A stretch of 64,000 bases of DNA from the NCBI RefSeq assembly GCF_964204645.1, contig NC_134027.1, forward strand, positions 26,932,560-26,996,559, in the 5' to 3' direction. Both the position numbers and the translations under genes were made by a program. This DNA comes from Tubulanus polymorphus. Its lineage: Eukaryota; Animalia; Nemertea. Shown here in pieces: positions 35,704-48,484 of the stretch. Position 1 is the first letter of the stretch, and every line of letters begins with the position of its first letter. The notes beneath the pieces are model-generated. The model was not told the origin of the DNA. It saw nothing but the letters and a program-made list of their open reading frames with translations, and ran no database searches.

Positions 35704-36938
35704 GTTTACTATTGATTTATATCAACCTGAAATACAAAACAAAAGAAGATAACAATTTCATAACTGGCTATGGAAAGAGACAGAGCGTGGTAAATTATTG
35801 CTGGTTATTCTAGATGCTCAGATAATTGTCCATTTCTTCGGATTCTCTTAGGACTGGACACCAAAACGCCTTTTAAAGGCTTCACGGACTAGACCTAGGA
35901 AGTAATTGCCCCCTAACCCCCCCCCCCCCCCACCACATACTCTCAGCTTCCGGGATCCGCCTCTGTAACTTACCCTTAATTAGAGAATCGAAACGTGACA
36001 TTTGGGGTGACGGTTTATATATACAAATGATAAGAACACTTCAGCTTTATATTATCAGAGTTGTCATGGATACTGCAAATATTATTCAGTCCCCTAGCGA
36101 GCCGAGCACTGGTCATAGAGATTAATAAATACATGGTACCGTGTTTAGAAAATTGAGTTTTGTGGTTGTATTTTTCATTATATTGTTCACTAGAATATCT
36201 ATGAACTCGTTCATACATTAAATGTATCAAATGTATTTTCTAAAACTACGTGTGCTGTGTGTAAAAAGTGAATTTATAAAATGTTTAGACTACACTTTAT
36301 GTATTTTAGTTATGTTTTAAAATAATGTCATTCATTATTACATCAAACGATTAAATGGGAGAGATAGGGAATAATGGATTTAATTTTCATGCGCTTATAT
36401 TACAGATACGGTTACTCCAACACGTACATCTTGGATACTTACATCAAGATCGAAGCATAAAAATCTCATTGATTTTATTGACGCTTTTCTGATCAAGTAA
36501 TTTCTTAACTTCCTCTGCGAAGATTCGATTTTATTCCGAAAGAATAGCGATATCATTCAAGTGTTGCTCTAAACATAGCATTCCTCGTATAAATAATTCC
36601 GTTTTGGATGTGTTTTATATCTAGCGACGGTCGTCGTTCTCTCGACTCATGTGCGCTGTAGATCACGGTATTCGCCACAGCTACCAGCAGTGCCGCGACA
36701 GATAGTGAGTACAGCTGCCGAGACGGGGAGTTGTGCGGCTGCTATCACAGCTTGGGAAGCTTTTGATAACTTGATATAATATGACTAATCAGTGGTTGAC
36801 GGTTGTTTTGTATATTGCCCCATGTTTCTTAAAAACCAACTGTTGAATCTAGATGTTTATGTTATAGATTTCCGACCCTGCAGGGAACAGCTCCTGACAG
36901 CGGCCAATCGTATCTGAACAGTGCCGTCGCTCTGTCGG

Positions 36939-36952
36939 GTTGTCATAGTAAC
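36939..36952. promoter_or_regulatory. RFX X-box-like motif GTTGTCATAGTAAC
   Basis: Close match to GTTNCCATGGNAAC upstream of the uncharacterised + strand gene; a second X-box-like GTTGCTATTTGTAAAC at 37661. Confidence 0.45.
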
Positions 36953-37728
36953 AAATATGTGCGTTCATCTTTTTATCAAGTGGATTGTGCGAGTAGTAAA
37001 CTCAATTGTGCTTGAGGAACGTGAAATCCCATAATCGTGGAGAACAGACTTCACAACCCGGCATCATGCACTGACGATGTGTTAAATAACGGCTAAATGG
37101 TCTTACGGGTATTCCTAACGTGATTGAAAGGGTCCAGTACGAAATGTATCGATCTTGAGTTGAGGATTTGGTCTCCAGGCCGAGAGACAGACTGGTTGGG
37201 TCATCCACGAGACGACACTAGACACCACTGAGTCAAGAGGACACGGGCCGTGGTGTCACTGATCTGTTATCGGGAATTGAACCAGGGAACATACATGCAA
37301 CCAAAGCAACTCTACTCCAAGGTCTTGAAATTACTTGTAGTTTTATTAAATGGACCCCCTGAACTACGACCCGCCTGTGCTTGTTGAGTTGGAGGCTCGT
37401 GAGTCAAACTGCGAGTTCCAATGTTTTCATTTTAGACAAATTCAAATCATAACTGTGGAACTGTATCCGGATCCCGGTGTTTTGGATGAGCTTTATTTTT
37501 CTAATCAGTTTGTGTATATTTTTGATGTGAGGATCTGATGACTGCGGCGAGTTTCAGCAGCCCGCCAGAACCCCGCAGGACGTTCAGGCCTCCAGCTGGT
37601 GCTGCCACGATCCCAGCCGCGGCATTCAATCGGGGTTCCAGCTAGTGCTGCCACATACACGTTGCTATTTGTAAACAACATGGCGGATCATACCGATTGA
37701 GATATTTGTAAATAAATGCTCGTTAAAC

Positions 37729-40469
37729 ATGAATAGATCACGCCAAGGTAGTGCAAGTTCTGAGACAATGCAAGATATCGTACTCTTACAAGATGAACTA
37801 TCCAAGAGTAAAATTGAAAATCAGAAATTGAACAATCAACTGGCTTGTTTGATATCTCTTGTCCGCAAGTAAGCAAATCAATTCGATTCGATCAGTCATG
37901 ATTATTTGACTGAGATCTTCAAATAATTGTTTTTTTTCACATCACAGAGCATGGACTGGAGACAAGGAGTCAGCTGTACATGTAGCTAATATTGTAGGTA
38001 AGCATTCACCACAAACTCAAACTCAGCTGCTGCCTGAGCCTGAGGAGGACTGACTGAATCTGAGCGAATTCCTTTCTGAAATAAATTTCCACCACAATAA
38101 TGATTTATATTTCCAGGTGTGGCTCCACCAGATTTAAACATGGAAGAAATTGACGGATCGAAAGTAGCTTTAACGGCAAAACCAAAAGTAAGAAGTAAAC
38201 CATGATTTAAATCAAATGTGAATTCATCTAAACTAAATTCTACCTTTCCTACAGCAGGACTTTTCAAGTTGGCCCTTCTCAAGTAGGACCTTTAGAAACC
38301 GTAAAAATATGTCCGACTTGAGACATATCCGTAAATTGGATGTGATGTATTTCATAAAAGTTGAACGTTTATCTGTGTTGATAGGATCAGACTTGAGCAT
38401 AGTCACTGTATTCATCAATTGAGTCTGGAGTTTATATTCATTTTAATTAGATACCTGTAGGCCCTATATACTACTTAACCCTTTCAGTGCTGACTAATTA
38501 ATACCCAATAGCGCTGGAGATAATTTGAAAATTTTTAAGAATTCCACCCTAGTGTGTTGAATAACGGAAATACCACTATAGTGCGTCTACACCGCAGTGA
38601 GGTCTATCGTTAGTTACTAGTATTTCACTATGTTTGACAGATGCTGCCATTTTTCAAGAGAGATAATTACTAATTACAACAATACAGTGCAGTGTACTAG
38701 CAAAATCTATAACTGATTTATACACCGCACTGCGGTGTAGACACACTGAAAGGGAATACAGATTTTGTGATTTTGTTTCAGCCTCAAGCTCTGAATCACT
38801 GGGCTCGGTTAACTATTGGTTTACTCAATCGTCAATACAAACAACTGGAAGATGATTTACAGATCCATCAGTATCAGTATTTAGAAGATAGAAACGATTA
38901 TTTAAACGATCAAATTTACGAACATCAACAAATGATGACGAGACCAAATACGGCTAATCGTAATCGATATCAGGATGTTATGGATCGAATAATGCGTCCT
39001 CAACGACCTGTAAGTCATCATCTTATTAGTCATCTATATTTTTGAGTCATAAGGACTCTGCAGTGGCGATCTAGGATTCCACTCGTAGCCCGATCCACCA
39101 GGTGTCACTAGTCTGTATTCAGACATCAATGCCAGATTTCTTCTGAGATTCAATTATAGTTGTTCTATATTTGAATCCTAAAGTTAAATTTGATTTCATC
39201 AAGATGTTTTATTTGGAGGAGGTTAAAAATCTAGATAAGTTAACCAAGTTTTGATTAAGTTGTCCTGTTGAGACCAACAACAATCTCATTCAAAAGTCCC
39301 AGCTACAACTGCTTAGACATGTTTTACTGTAATATTGTTATCTGTATTAAAATTTCAGCCTACTGCAACCGCTGGGTCAATAGAACGTCCAGTATCTGGA
39401 ACAGTTAATAAGAAAAAAGGGGTGATAGGACATCTGTATCGACAACCTAAACCCCCCGACAGTCAAAATGACGTCACCTGGGGAGATTTATTTATCAATG
39501 GTGGAAAAAGCCCATCGCAGAAAACTAATGTGAAGGTTTGTTTAGCGATGAGTAATTTCTGATTGTTAACAGAACTGATTGTTAACAGAACTGATTGTTA
39601 ACAGTTTTAATTTTGAATTACAGACATTTGAATTCCGTCCAGTGAATCATCACAATTACAGCAGTTTCACTCCCGACACCGATCAATACAGTTACAATGA
39701 TCCCGATAGATATTCTAAGGTAATTAAAACAACAACTTCCCTGATTCTGTCTAAAGATAAGGATATCTGTTATATATTTTTTACGACTGTTTTGTTGTTT
39801 TTTAGGTCGATTTATTCGCGTTGGATTCGATTTTATCCGAAAGCAATCGCAAAGTATCGAACCTCAGTCAAAAAACTTTGCAAAATAACGACAACAAGAG
39901 ATCGAGACCAAAAAGTTCAGGTCAGTTTTAAACCTTCAAATCATTGAATTTAACAATAAATTGGTCTTGTTTCTCATTTCTGCTGCGCTTAAAAGTTGAC
40001 CCGGCCGGTCGCATATATCTACCCCATACATTACTTTTTTGAAATCATGATGAAACTAAAAATCCAGAACCGGCAAATTTTTTTGCAGTTTACAAAATGA
40101 CACTTGACAGATTAGGAGAATTTCATTTTAGTCTAGAACAAAAACATCTATAATCTATCTTGTATTTTAGTTATCATCCGACCGAAATCCGGGCGACCGT
40201 TGAAATACGAGACAACTCGTCCGGTAACATCTCACCCCGGTAACAGAGTCCATTTCAAAGCCGACGATGAAACCGATCACAATACACCGCCTAGTGGCGT
40301 AACGCGGAAACAGAGAGCTCAATCGGCGATCACGAGAACGCGGCCGGTTGAAATCGATGAATTCGAACAAGATCAAGAGAATCTGGCTACGATGGAAGAA
40401 CAGTTCCGCAACACAGCTTTTCAGTTACAGAAAAAAATCGGCATTCGCGATAACGGATTAGTTTTATGA
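37729..40469 (+). CDS. Uncharacterised multi-exon protein (N-terminal coiled coil, RPxS/TA motifs), possibly ciliary
   Basis: In-phase GT-AG exons from MNRSRQGSASSETMQDIVLLQDELSK through AWTGDKESAVHVANIVG and ALNHWARLTIGLLNRQY to MEEQFRNTAFQLQKKIGIRDNGLVL*. Confidence 0.75.
38479..38754. mobile_element. piggyBac-like non-autonomous element
   Basis: TTAA|CCCTTTCAGTG ... CACTGAAAGGG terminal inverted repeats (right target-site duplication degenerate); subterminal GTCTACACCGCAGTG/CACTGCGGTGTAGAC inverted repeats. Confidence 0.65.
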
Positions 40470-42529
40470 GCTGTTCACGAAAAAAACAGTTAGTAATTAG
40501 TGCTAAAGATCAGCAGCAGCTTTAACTGATCAGATCCGGCCATGAATAATTACATGTAATGTTAGACTATAAAACTCGGTGCTAGGTATCAGTCACCAGA
40601 CAATAGCCAAACTTTACCTGAACTTTACCATGTTCAGAGTGATATTTGTATCATAAATAATCAATAGTTGTTTTAGCCAGATATATTTCTACGTAAAATG
40701 CCAAAATTTTACTATTTATTTTTAAGATAATTACTGTATTGCGCAGTCCAGTACACGGCGAAGTTCTGTTTAAGTCTTCTATTTATGCATTTTGTAACCA
40801 TTGCTTCTAATTGTGTGTACGTGTATTTCACATTAGTGAATTTAAATAAATATCACTTGCATAAAAACTTTTTTTACGTTGTTCATCACAGGACTTTCAT
40901 TCTAGAGCATCATGGATATTAATCTAATTAATACAGAGGACTTGAATTAATTGGAGCCAATTGTTTCAGTTAATTATAAGTTATGTTAGTTCAGGTAGAC
41001 CATCAGTAACCATAAATTAGGGCCTAAACAAATTTTCTCCAAAAACGTAGCACTTGCGTAGACTTGCTACAAACCAGGTTAGACAATAGAATTTAATTCA
41101 CGTTCTGTTGCAAAGGTTCTAAGATTTGTGTCCGAGTTTAGAGATATTTCGAGTTGAAAACAAAAGTTTAAGACAAGTCAGAAGTCTACTGTCACTGAAA
41201 ACTTGCCATGTTACAAGTCATCATAGTTGAAACTCAATCATACGACAAAAACTTAGAAAATTCAATCAAAATACAAGTGAAGTAGAGACGACTTATCGGT
41301 TGCAAGTTTGTCTAATTACATTCACGCATCGTCACACCAGCAAATAAATCCTAAACGTTTAAACGAATGAAGCAGGAAATTGAAAATCTGTTGTTCAATA
41401 CCTTGTTTATTAATCGATCATTTATACAAATAACACGTGTTTAAGATTTACGCGTAAAACTCGACCCTAATCATTGACAATATGTCGCAATCCAGTCTCA
41501 GCATTGATTAACAAAGTATTCACTTTGTAAAACGAAGTGTGTCTATATAATGTTCTTTAAGGTGGAAAAAAATAAAATCACAAATTACAGTTAAAATAGT
41601 AAATGGTGTATGATTCATAAAGTCGAACACAACCCGTGTCCGAACAGCAATCTAGTTTTATCATAGTTCCGTTTATCTTGTCATTTAACATTTCAAATAA
41701 CTTCGATCTATCGTAATTTTATATTAGGATAGTTCAGAATGTTTACCGTTACTAAGCCACGATCACACAGAGACTATTTGACCCGGCCTTTTCAGAGAGA
41801 GAGAGAGAGAGAGTGCGTTCACATGTAAATCACTCAGTACTTATTCTAAAATGCTATCACAGAATGAATGATGCTGTGTGAGGGCCACGAGTTAGCATTT
41901 ACACGTAATAATTCAATCTGTGCGAACAGTTGGCCCGGGCCAAAAATACTCGCGTGACCGTCGCCGTAGAGAATCATGAGCTCAAAACAGCAACACAACT
42001 ATTGCACAAACATGGCGATCACTGAGGGCACTAGGTCTAGCGGAACAAACCAATGTCTTTTTTACCCATTGTATAAAATATTAGTTCAGAGCGATATTTC
42101 AACTGTACAATGCCCCTGACGATTCAACCTGTTTCTACTGTGTAACTGAGGAAACCTGAATTTGATTTAAGATATGGATATTCATTTTGAGGAGCACATA
42201 TCACTGTCGTACAGAGAGGCAACACGCCCGCCGAGAGCCGATTATCGTCCATCAACGCAAGATACTTTACAAATTTTGTTCAAAGATTTACATTATGTAA
42301 ACGGACACAATATGCACAACATACATTAAACTTACACAGTTAGGAAATCATCTTCCCCTCACGACCTCATCTCCCCTCACGACCTCATCTCCTCCCCTCA
42401 CCTCATCGGGGAACATTGAAGTGAACAATGTCTGGTGTTGTCGTCGGGGAGGGATTTGTTTTTGAAGTTTTCTCACCGATTTATACTTAAATATTGTTAC
42501 TATTAATGTTTAATTGAATTTATTGAATC

Positions 42530-45500
42530 CTACTGATGAGCGCATTGTACGCGAGGTCCGTGCGCTCCTTCGTCATCGTCGTCTTCATCATACGCGTTTC
42601 CTCCTCCTCGTCGGTCGTCGGTATGAGGATCGTAGTCGTCTAAATCGACCTCTTCCACGTGTTCTCCTTCTGGCATCTCAAATTTCGGTCGATTCGGTAA
42701 CAATTTTTCCAAAGCCTGAAATAAAACGTTTAAATGTAGATCAATGTGATTAATACCCAGCGTGGTAGAACAAGTCAAATCTACAGGAGAAATAGAGGTT
42801 TAACTTGGTTACAATAAATCAGAGGTTCCTTAGATGTAAATTCATCAGTTAGAATCAGTACATCAAAATTATCCATCATTTTTAACCGTGTGTCCCACCC
42901 CCAGTGCAACATTAGATTTCAAATGAATTCTAAAGAATTCTATCAATTCAAATATTTTACAAGAATCATGGCAGTTTTCAGAGGTTCCTTAGATGTAAAT
43001 TCATCATAGAATCAGTACATCAAAATTATGCATCATTTTTCACCATGTGACCCACCCCCAGTCCAACATTAGATTGTAGATGATAGATTTTTAAGAATTC
43101 TATCAATTCAAAAGTTTTACAAGAATTATGGCAGTTTTCAGAGGTTCCTTAGATGTAAATTCATCATAGACTCAGTACATCAAAATTATCCATCATTTCT
43201 ACCAGTTGCCGCATCCCGCTCCAGTTTTTAGAAAATATATATTCATAAATTTCAATAATTCATAGATTTAAAAGAATCATGGCAGTTTTCAGAGGTTCCT
43301 TAGATGTAAATTCATCAGTTAGAATCAGTACATCAAAATTATCCATCATTTCTGCCATGCGTTGATACCGAGACTTGCCCTTAAAATCAATATGAAATAT
43401 ATTTTGCGTACCTTCAGATTTTTTGAATCGGTGAAATTCTTCGCCGGAAAAACTATTGAGAATTTGATATAAAGATTTCCTTTTTCGAATGGGTTTCGAT
43501 GAATTGGCATACCTTCTCCTTTTACCATTTTAACAGCACCTAAAACATTGTTGTCAGAACAGAGTTAAAATGAAGCATGTAATATGGGCAGCTGTCGGCT
43601 TACACTGTTATCTGCCTAGTGTTAGGGGTCATGATATGGCAGTTTTCAGAGATTCCTTAGATGTAAATTCATCAGTTAGTATCAGTACATCATAATTATC
43701 CATCATTTCTACCAGTTGCCCCACCCCACTTCAGTTTTTAGAACATAAATATTCATAAATTTTATATAATTCATATGTTTTAAAAGAACCATGGCAGTTT
43801 TCAGAGGTTCCTTAGATGTGAATTCTTCATTAAGAATCAGTACATCATAAATATCCATCATTTTTCACCATGTGTCCCACCCCCAGCCCAACATTAGATT
43901 GTAGATGATAAATTTTAAAGAATTCTACCAATTCCAATATTTCAAAAGAATCATGTTAGTTTTCAGAGGTTCCTTAGATGTAAATTCATCAGTTAGAATC
44001 AGTACATCAAAATTATCCATCATTTCTACCAGTTGCCCCACCCCACTTCAGTTTTTAGAACATAAATATTCATAAATTTTCAATAATTCGAAATTTTTAA
44101 AGAATCATGGCAGTTTTCAGAGGTTCCTTAGATGTGAAATCTTCATTAAGAATCAGTACATCATAAATATCCATCATTTTTCACCATGTGTCCCACCCCC
44201 AGCCCAACATTAGATTGTAGATGATAGATTTTAAAGAATTCTATCAATTTAAATATTTTACAAGAATCATGGCAGTTTTCAGAGGTTCCTTAGATGTAAA
44301 TTCATCAGTTAGAATCAGAACATCAAAATTATCCATCATTTCTACCAGTTGCACCACCCCACTTCAGTTTTTAGAACATAAATATTCATAAATTTTCAAT
44401 AATTCGAAATTTTTTAAGAATCATGGCAGTTTTCAGAGGTTCCTTAGATGTAAATTCATCATAGAATCAGTACATCATAAATATCCATCATTTTTCACCA
44501 TGTGACCCACCCCCAGCCCAACATTAGATTGTAGATGATAGATTTTAAAGAATTTTATCAATTTAAATATTTCACAAGAATCATGGCAGTTTTCAGAGGT
44601 TCCTTAGATGTAAATTCATCAGTTAGAATCAGTACATCAAAATTATCCATCATTTCTACCAATTGCCCCACCCCACTTCAGTTTTTATAACATAAATATT
44701 CATAAATTTTCAATAATTCGAAATTTTTTAAGAATCATGGCAGTTTTCAGAGGTTCCTTAGATGTGAAATCTTCATTAAGAATCAGTACATCATAAATAT
44801 CCATCATTTTTCACCATGTGACCCACCCCCAGCCCAACATTAGATTGTAGTTGATAGATTTTAAAGAATTCTATCAATTTAAATATTTCACAAGAATCAT
44901 GGCAGTTTTCAGAGGTTCCTTAGATGTAAATTCATCAGTTAGAATCAGTACATCAAAATTATCCATCATTTCTACCAATTGCCCCACCCCACTTCAGTTT
45001 TTATAACATAAATATTCATAAATTTTCAATAATTCGAAATTTTTTAAGAATCATGGCAGTTTTCAGAGGTTCCTTAGATGTGAAATCTTCATTAAGAATC
45101 AGTACATCAAAATTATCCATCTTTTTTCACCATGTGACCCACCCCCAGCCCAACATTAGATTGTAGATGATAGATTTTAAAGAATTCTATCAATTTAAAA
45201 GTTTTACAAGAATCATGGCAGTTTTCAGAGGTTCCTTAGATGTAAATTCATCAGTTAGAATCAGTACATCAAAATTATCCATCATTTCTACCATTTCTAT
45301 CATCTCTATAAAGTGAACTAACCTGGTTCTATTACATCTCCTGGAGGTGATTTAATAACTAGATCTCGTCCGTCAAGATGTTTGATCACAAATTGGAATC
45401 CGCATAAAGCCTCGGTGAGACCTAGATTATATGTACATGAAAGATCGCAACCATTTCTTGTGTAAGTATCATTTTCTTTCTGTTGTAAAACGATGATTAC

Positions 45501-47953
45501 GTCACCAGCTTCCATCCCAGGCTAGAAATATAACAAGTACATGATTTATTTACCGATCTGCAGGTAATCTGGAATCCCCTGGAAATTCATCAGGGTGGTC
45601 ACTTATATTTGAATTGCTTTTTCCTTAAATTTTCCCTCACGTTGTTTCCCTGACTTGGTCTACTAAGAATCCAATCAATGAACGCAGCCAAATATGTGAA
45701 ACATAGACCGAAACTAATTGATTTTACGCCATTCTAGCGATCTCAACATATATGACAGACTGCAAGAAAATTCTTTGATTTCCCTGAACCACACTAAGGA
45801 ACATACAAGTGGTCGCTCGACTGATTGAGATGCGGTAGTATTTACCTGCTGATCACCCTCCCCGGGGAATGGTATCTTCTGTCCATCTCTCATTCCTTTG
45901 TCAACGTGAACCTCCAATATTTTTGTTTCCTGCGTAACTTTAGCTCCTTTGCATTCTTTGCATTTGTCTTTTTCGTTGATTACCTCTCCTACAAAACAGT
46001 GAATTATAGATCAGTCTATAGTGTGTGTGTGGGTACACAACACTAAACAGACTTCATTTCATGAAGATGATTGTGGATTTCTGGAAATTTTACAAATTTC
46101 ACTTCATTACAATTAACTTTTTTCCATATATTTCACGTCAAGGAACGATTACATAAGCAGTTCACTGATCACAATCTGGACAGATTCAAATAAAATTTCT
46201 TAAACTTTTAACACAACATGAAATTCTGAGCTCTGTAGAATACGCCATAAAAAGGGGATCGAAATATTTATTAGACAGTTTTCTTGACATTTTTCACACA
46301 TTTCCAAGTTTTTTTTTTCGAAATCCTTTTCATTCAGTGGAATGGAGATACTTACGTTCACCGTGACACTGAGAACAAACAGATTGCACCTGTTGAACTA
46401 AACCACCTCCTAACTGACGAAATGAAACTTTGATTCCACGACCGTTACAAGCTCTACACGAGTGATTAGACCCTGCTTTACCACCAATTCTACCAAACAA
46501 AAAAATAAACAACCGTTTTTATGATTTGCATTTAAAATGAACAATATCTTAATCTTATCCCAATGTTCTCTATTTAGAGGGGCAGCAACCAGTCATTCAT
46601 TCAAACAGTTAAGAATGAAAATCCTTTCTGTGGCTTCTTTTTGTCTCCGATATCTATCAATATAACTCATTACTGTATAAAGCTATTGTCAGCGTAAATA
46701 TTGATAGAATATTGACATCAACTCAAGGGGCATTAGATATTCTAACAGGTTGACTTTCAGAGGGGAAGGTGTTTAATTGAAAGGGCTGGCGAAACCTCTG
46801 GTGGAGACCACTGTAAAACAGTCAAAGCCAATTTGTAATACACAACTTACCCATTACACTTTTTACAAATAACAGTTTTCTTTAATTGTAACTTTGCAGT
46901 TTTTCCGTTATAAAGATCTTCTAGCGTGACCCTGTAATTCAGTATCACATTTAGTTAGTTACACAGTGCATCAGGCGCTGAGTTTTAACTGATGATAATC
47001 CACGACCTGTTGTGGAAATATTCTATACCTCAGAGGGTGATATGTATCTTCACCTTTACGTTGACGCGATCCACGCCTTCCACCTCCACCCATTCCACCG
47101 AAAAATCCACCGAATAAATCAAATATATCCGCACCAAATCCTCCTAAAAAAACAAACACAATTCGATTTAACAAGCCATTCATGAATAGGTATTCAACGT
47201 GTAAATTGTTTAAAATCACGTACCTGCTCCACCCCCTCCTGCTCTCTCTTTTAAACCTTCCATGCCATACATGTCATAAGTCTCACGTTTCTCGGGATTC
47301 GATAGGACCTCATATGCGAAGCTGATTTCCTTGAATTTTTCTCCGGCCGATGGGTTTTTATCGGGATGATATTCCTTTGCCAATTTGTAATAAGCCTGAA
47401 AGTTTAGAAAATCATGAAATAATAATCGATAAAAAACCAAATTGGTAAATATAGATCTCAACCAGTGGATATTATTGATGCCACAAACTCCAATGATATC
47501 CAATGACTCCTGTGGACATGGAATGCAGTGAGTGGCGTGAGCTTTTTTAATCCTGACCGCTGGGCTTAACCCTTTATTTCTCAGTTCATTTATAGTAGGT
47601 CACTTGATCTTGTCACACATATTCAATTTAAAATATTCCATCTTAAAAGTCAGTAAATTTTGCAAGAGCATGTGCTACGGTTATAAAATCTAAATGTGAT
47701 ACTAAAGTACAGGTTAATTGACATGAAGAATAGTCAGTTAAAAAATCGTTCAAAATTTCGGACACAGCATCGGTTTTCAGATGCAATTTCTGAATGAATG
47801 AACCGGTAAATATACAGGTATCCAACTCTAATTACACTAGATATATATAAACATTCGAAATAACGATTTAAGAAATAACTGAACCTTTTTAATTTCGCTG
47901 TCCGATGAATTTTTGGTCACGTTCAAAACGTCGTAAAGCCTTGTGTCGTCCAT
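42530..47953 (-). CDS. DNAJA2: DnaJ/Hsp40 subfamily A co-chaperone, about 9 exons
   Basis: J domain with HPD ([15 protein letters not shown]), G/F region, CxxCxGxG zinc fingers, C-terminal domain, and a CaaX end RVQCAHQ resembling DNAJA2. Confidence 0.92.
42818..45297. repeat. Intronic satellite of alternating ~154/162-bp monomers (~316-bp dimer), interrupted by a DNAJA2 exon
   Basis: GAGGTTCCTTAGATG at 43804, 43966, 44120, 44282, 44436, 44596, 44750, 44912, 45066 and 45228; also at about 42822, 42982, 43141 and 43292 in the neighbouring intron. Confidence 0.95.
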
Positions 47954-48484
47954 GATGATGAGAAATGAAAGAATGACGTCACGGACGATAACAACGACAT
48001 CTAGTAACCAAAGCAAACATTAATCCCTTAATTCCTTATCCTCGCCTGCCATATGTTAAATCAATTTCACCTTTTTTCTTAGAATGACTAATTAGTACTT
48101 TATCGGTAAGATAAATGTGTTGTATTTGAATCAATAATGACCCGCTTCTACCACACAATCGGGTCGGTGCCAGACACCCCTACAAACGTAAATGTTTCTT
48201 TTCGGTCAGTTCTAAGACTCTGGCATGCGAGTAATAAGATAGTTCGCGCTTTCACCGCTACTGTTATATATAGGGGCAGCACCGGACGGTACACTAGAGA
48301 TATCCACCAAAATTCATCTGCCAAATCTCAATATACCAATCTAATGACCATCGAATCGAATTTGAAATACCAATTGATCTGACTGAGCCGTAAAAACGCC
48401 TTTAAAAAGAACTGACAATAGATTTCATTTCATTACCTTTAATTATAAATCTTAATTAAACAAACAAATTATCATTTACAAACA

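Noticed and set aside
37000-37650. GC-richer stretch that might be a transposon coding remnant
   Set aside because: The frames I read are interrupted by stops and show no RT, integrase or transposase motif.
42818-45297. CRISPR-like conserved core with variable spacers
   Set aside because: The spacers alternate between two repeated types; this is a satellite.
48241-48256. GTTCGCGCTTTC resembling the U1 snRNA 3' stem
   Set aside because: No U1 5' end, loop I or Sm site nearby; it lies in the DNAJA2 promoter region.
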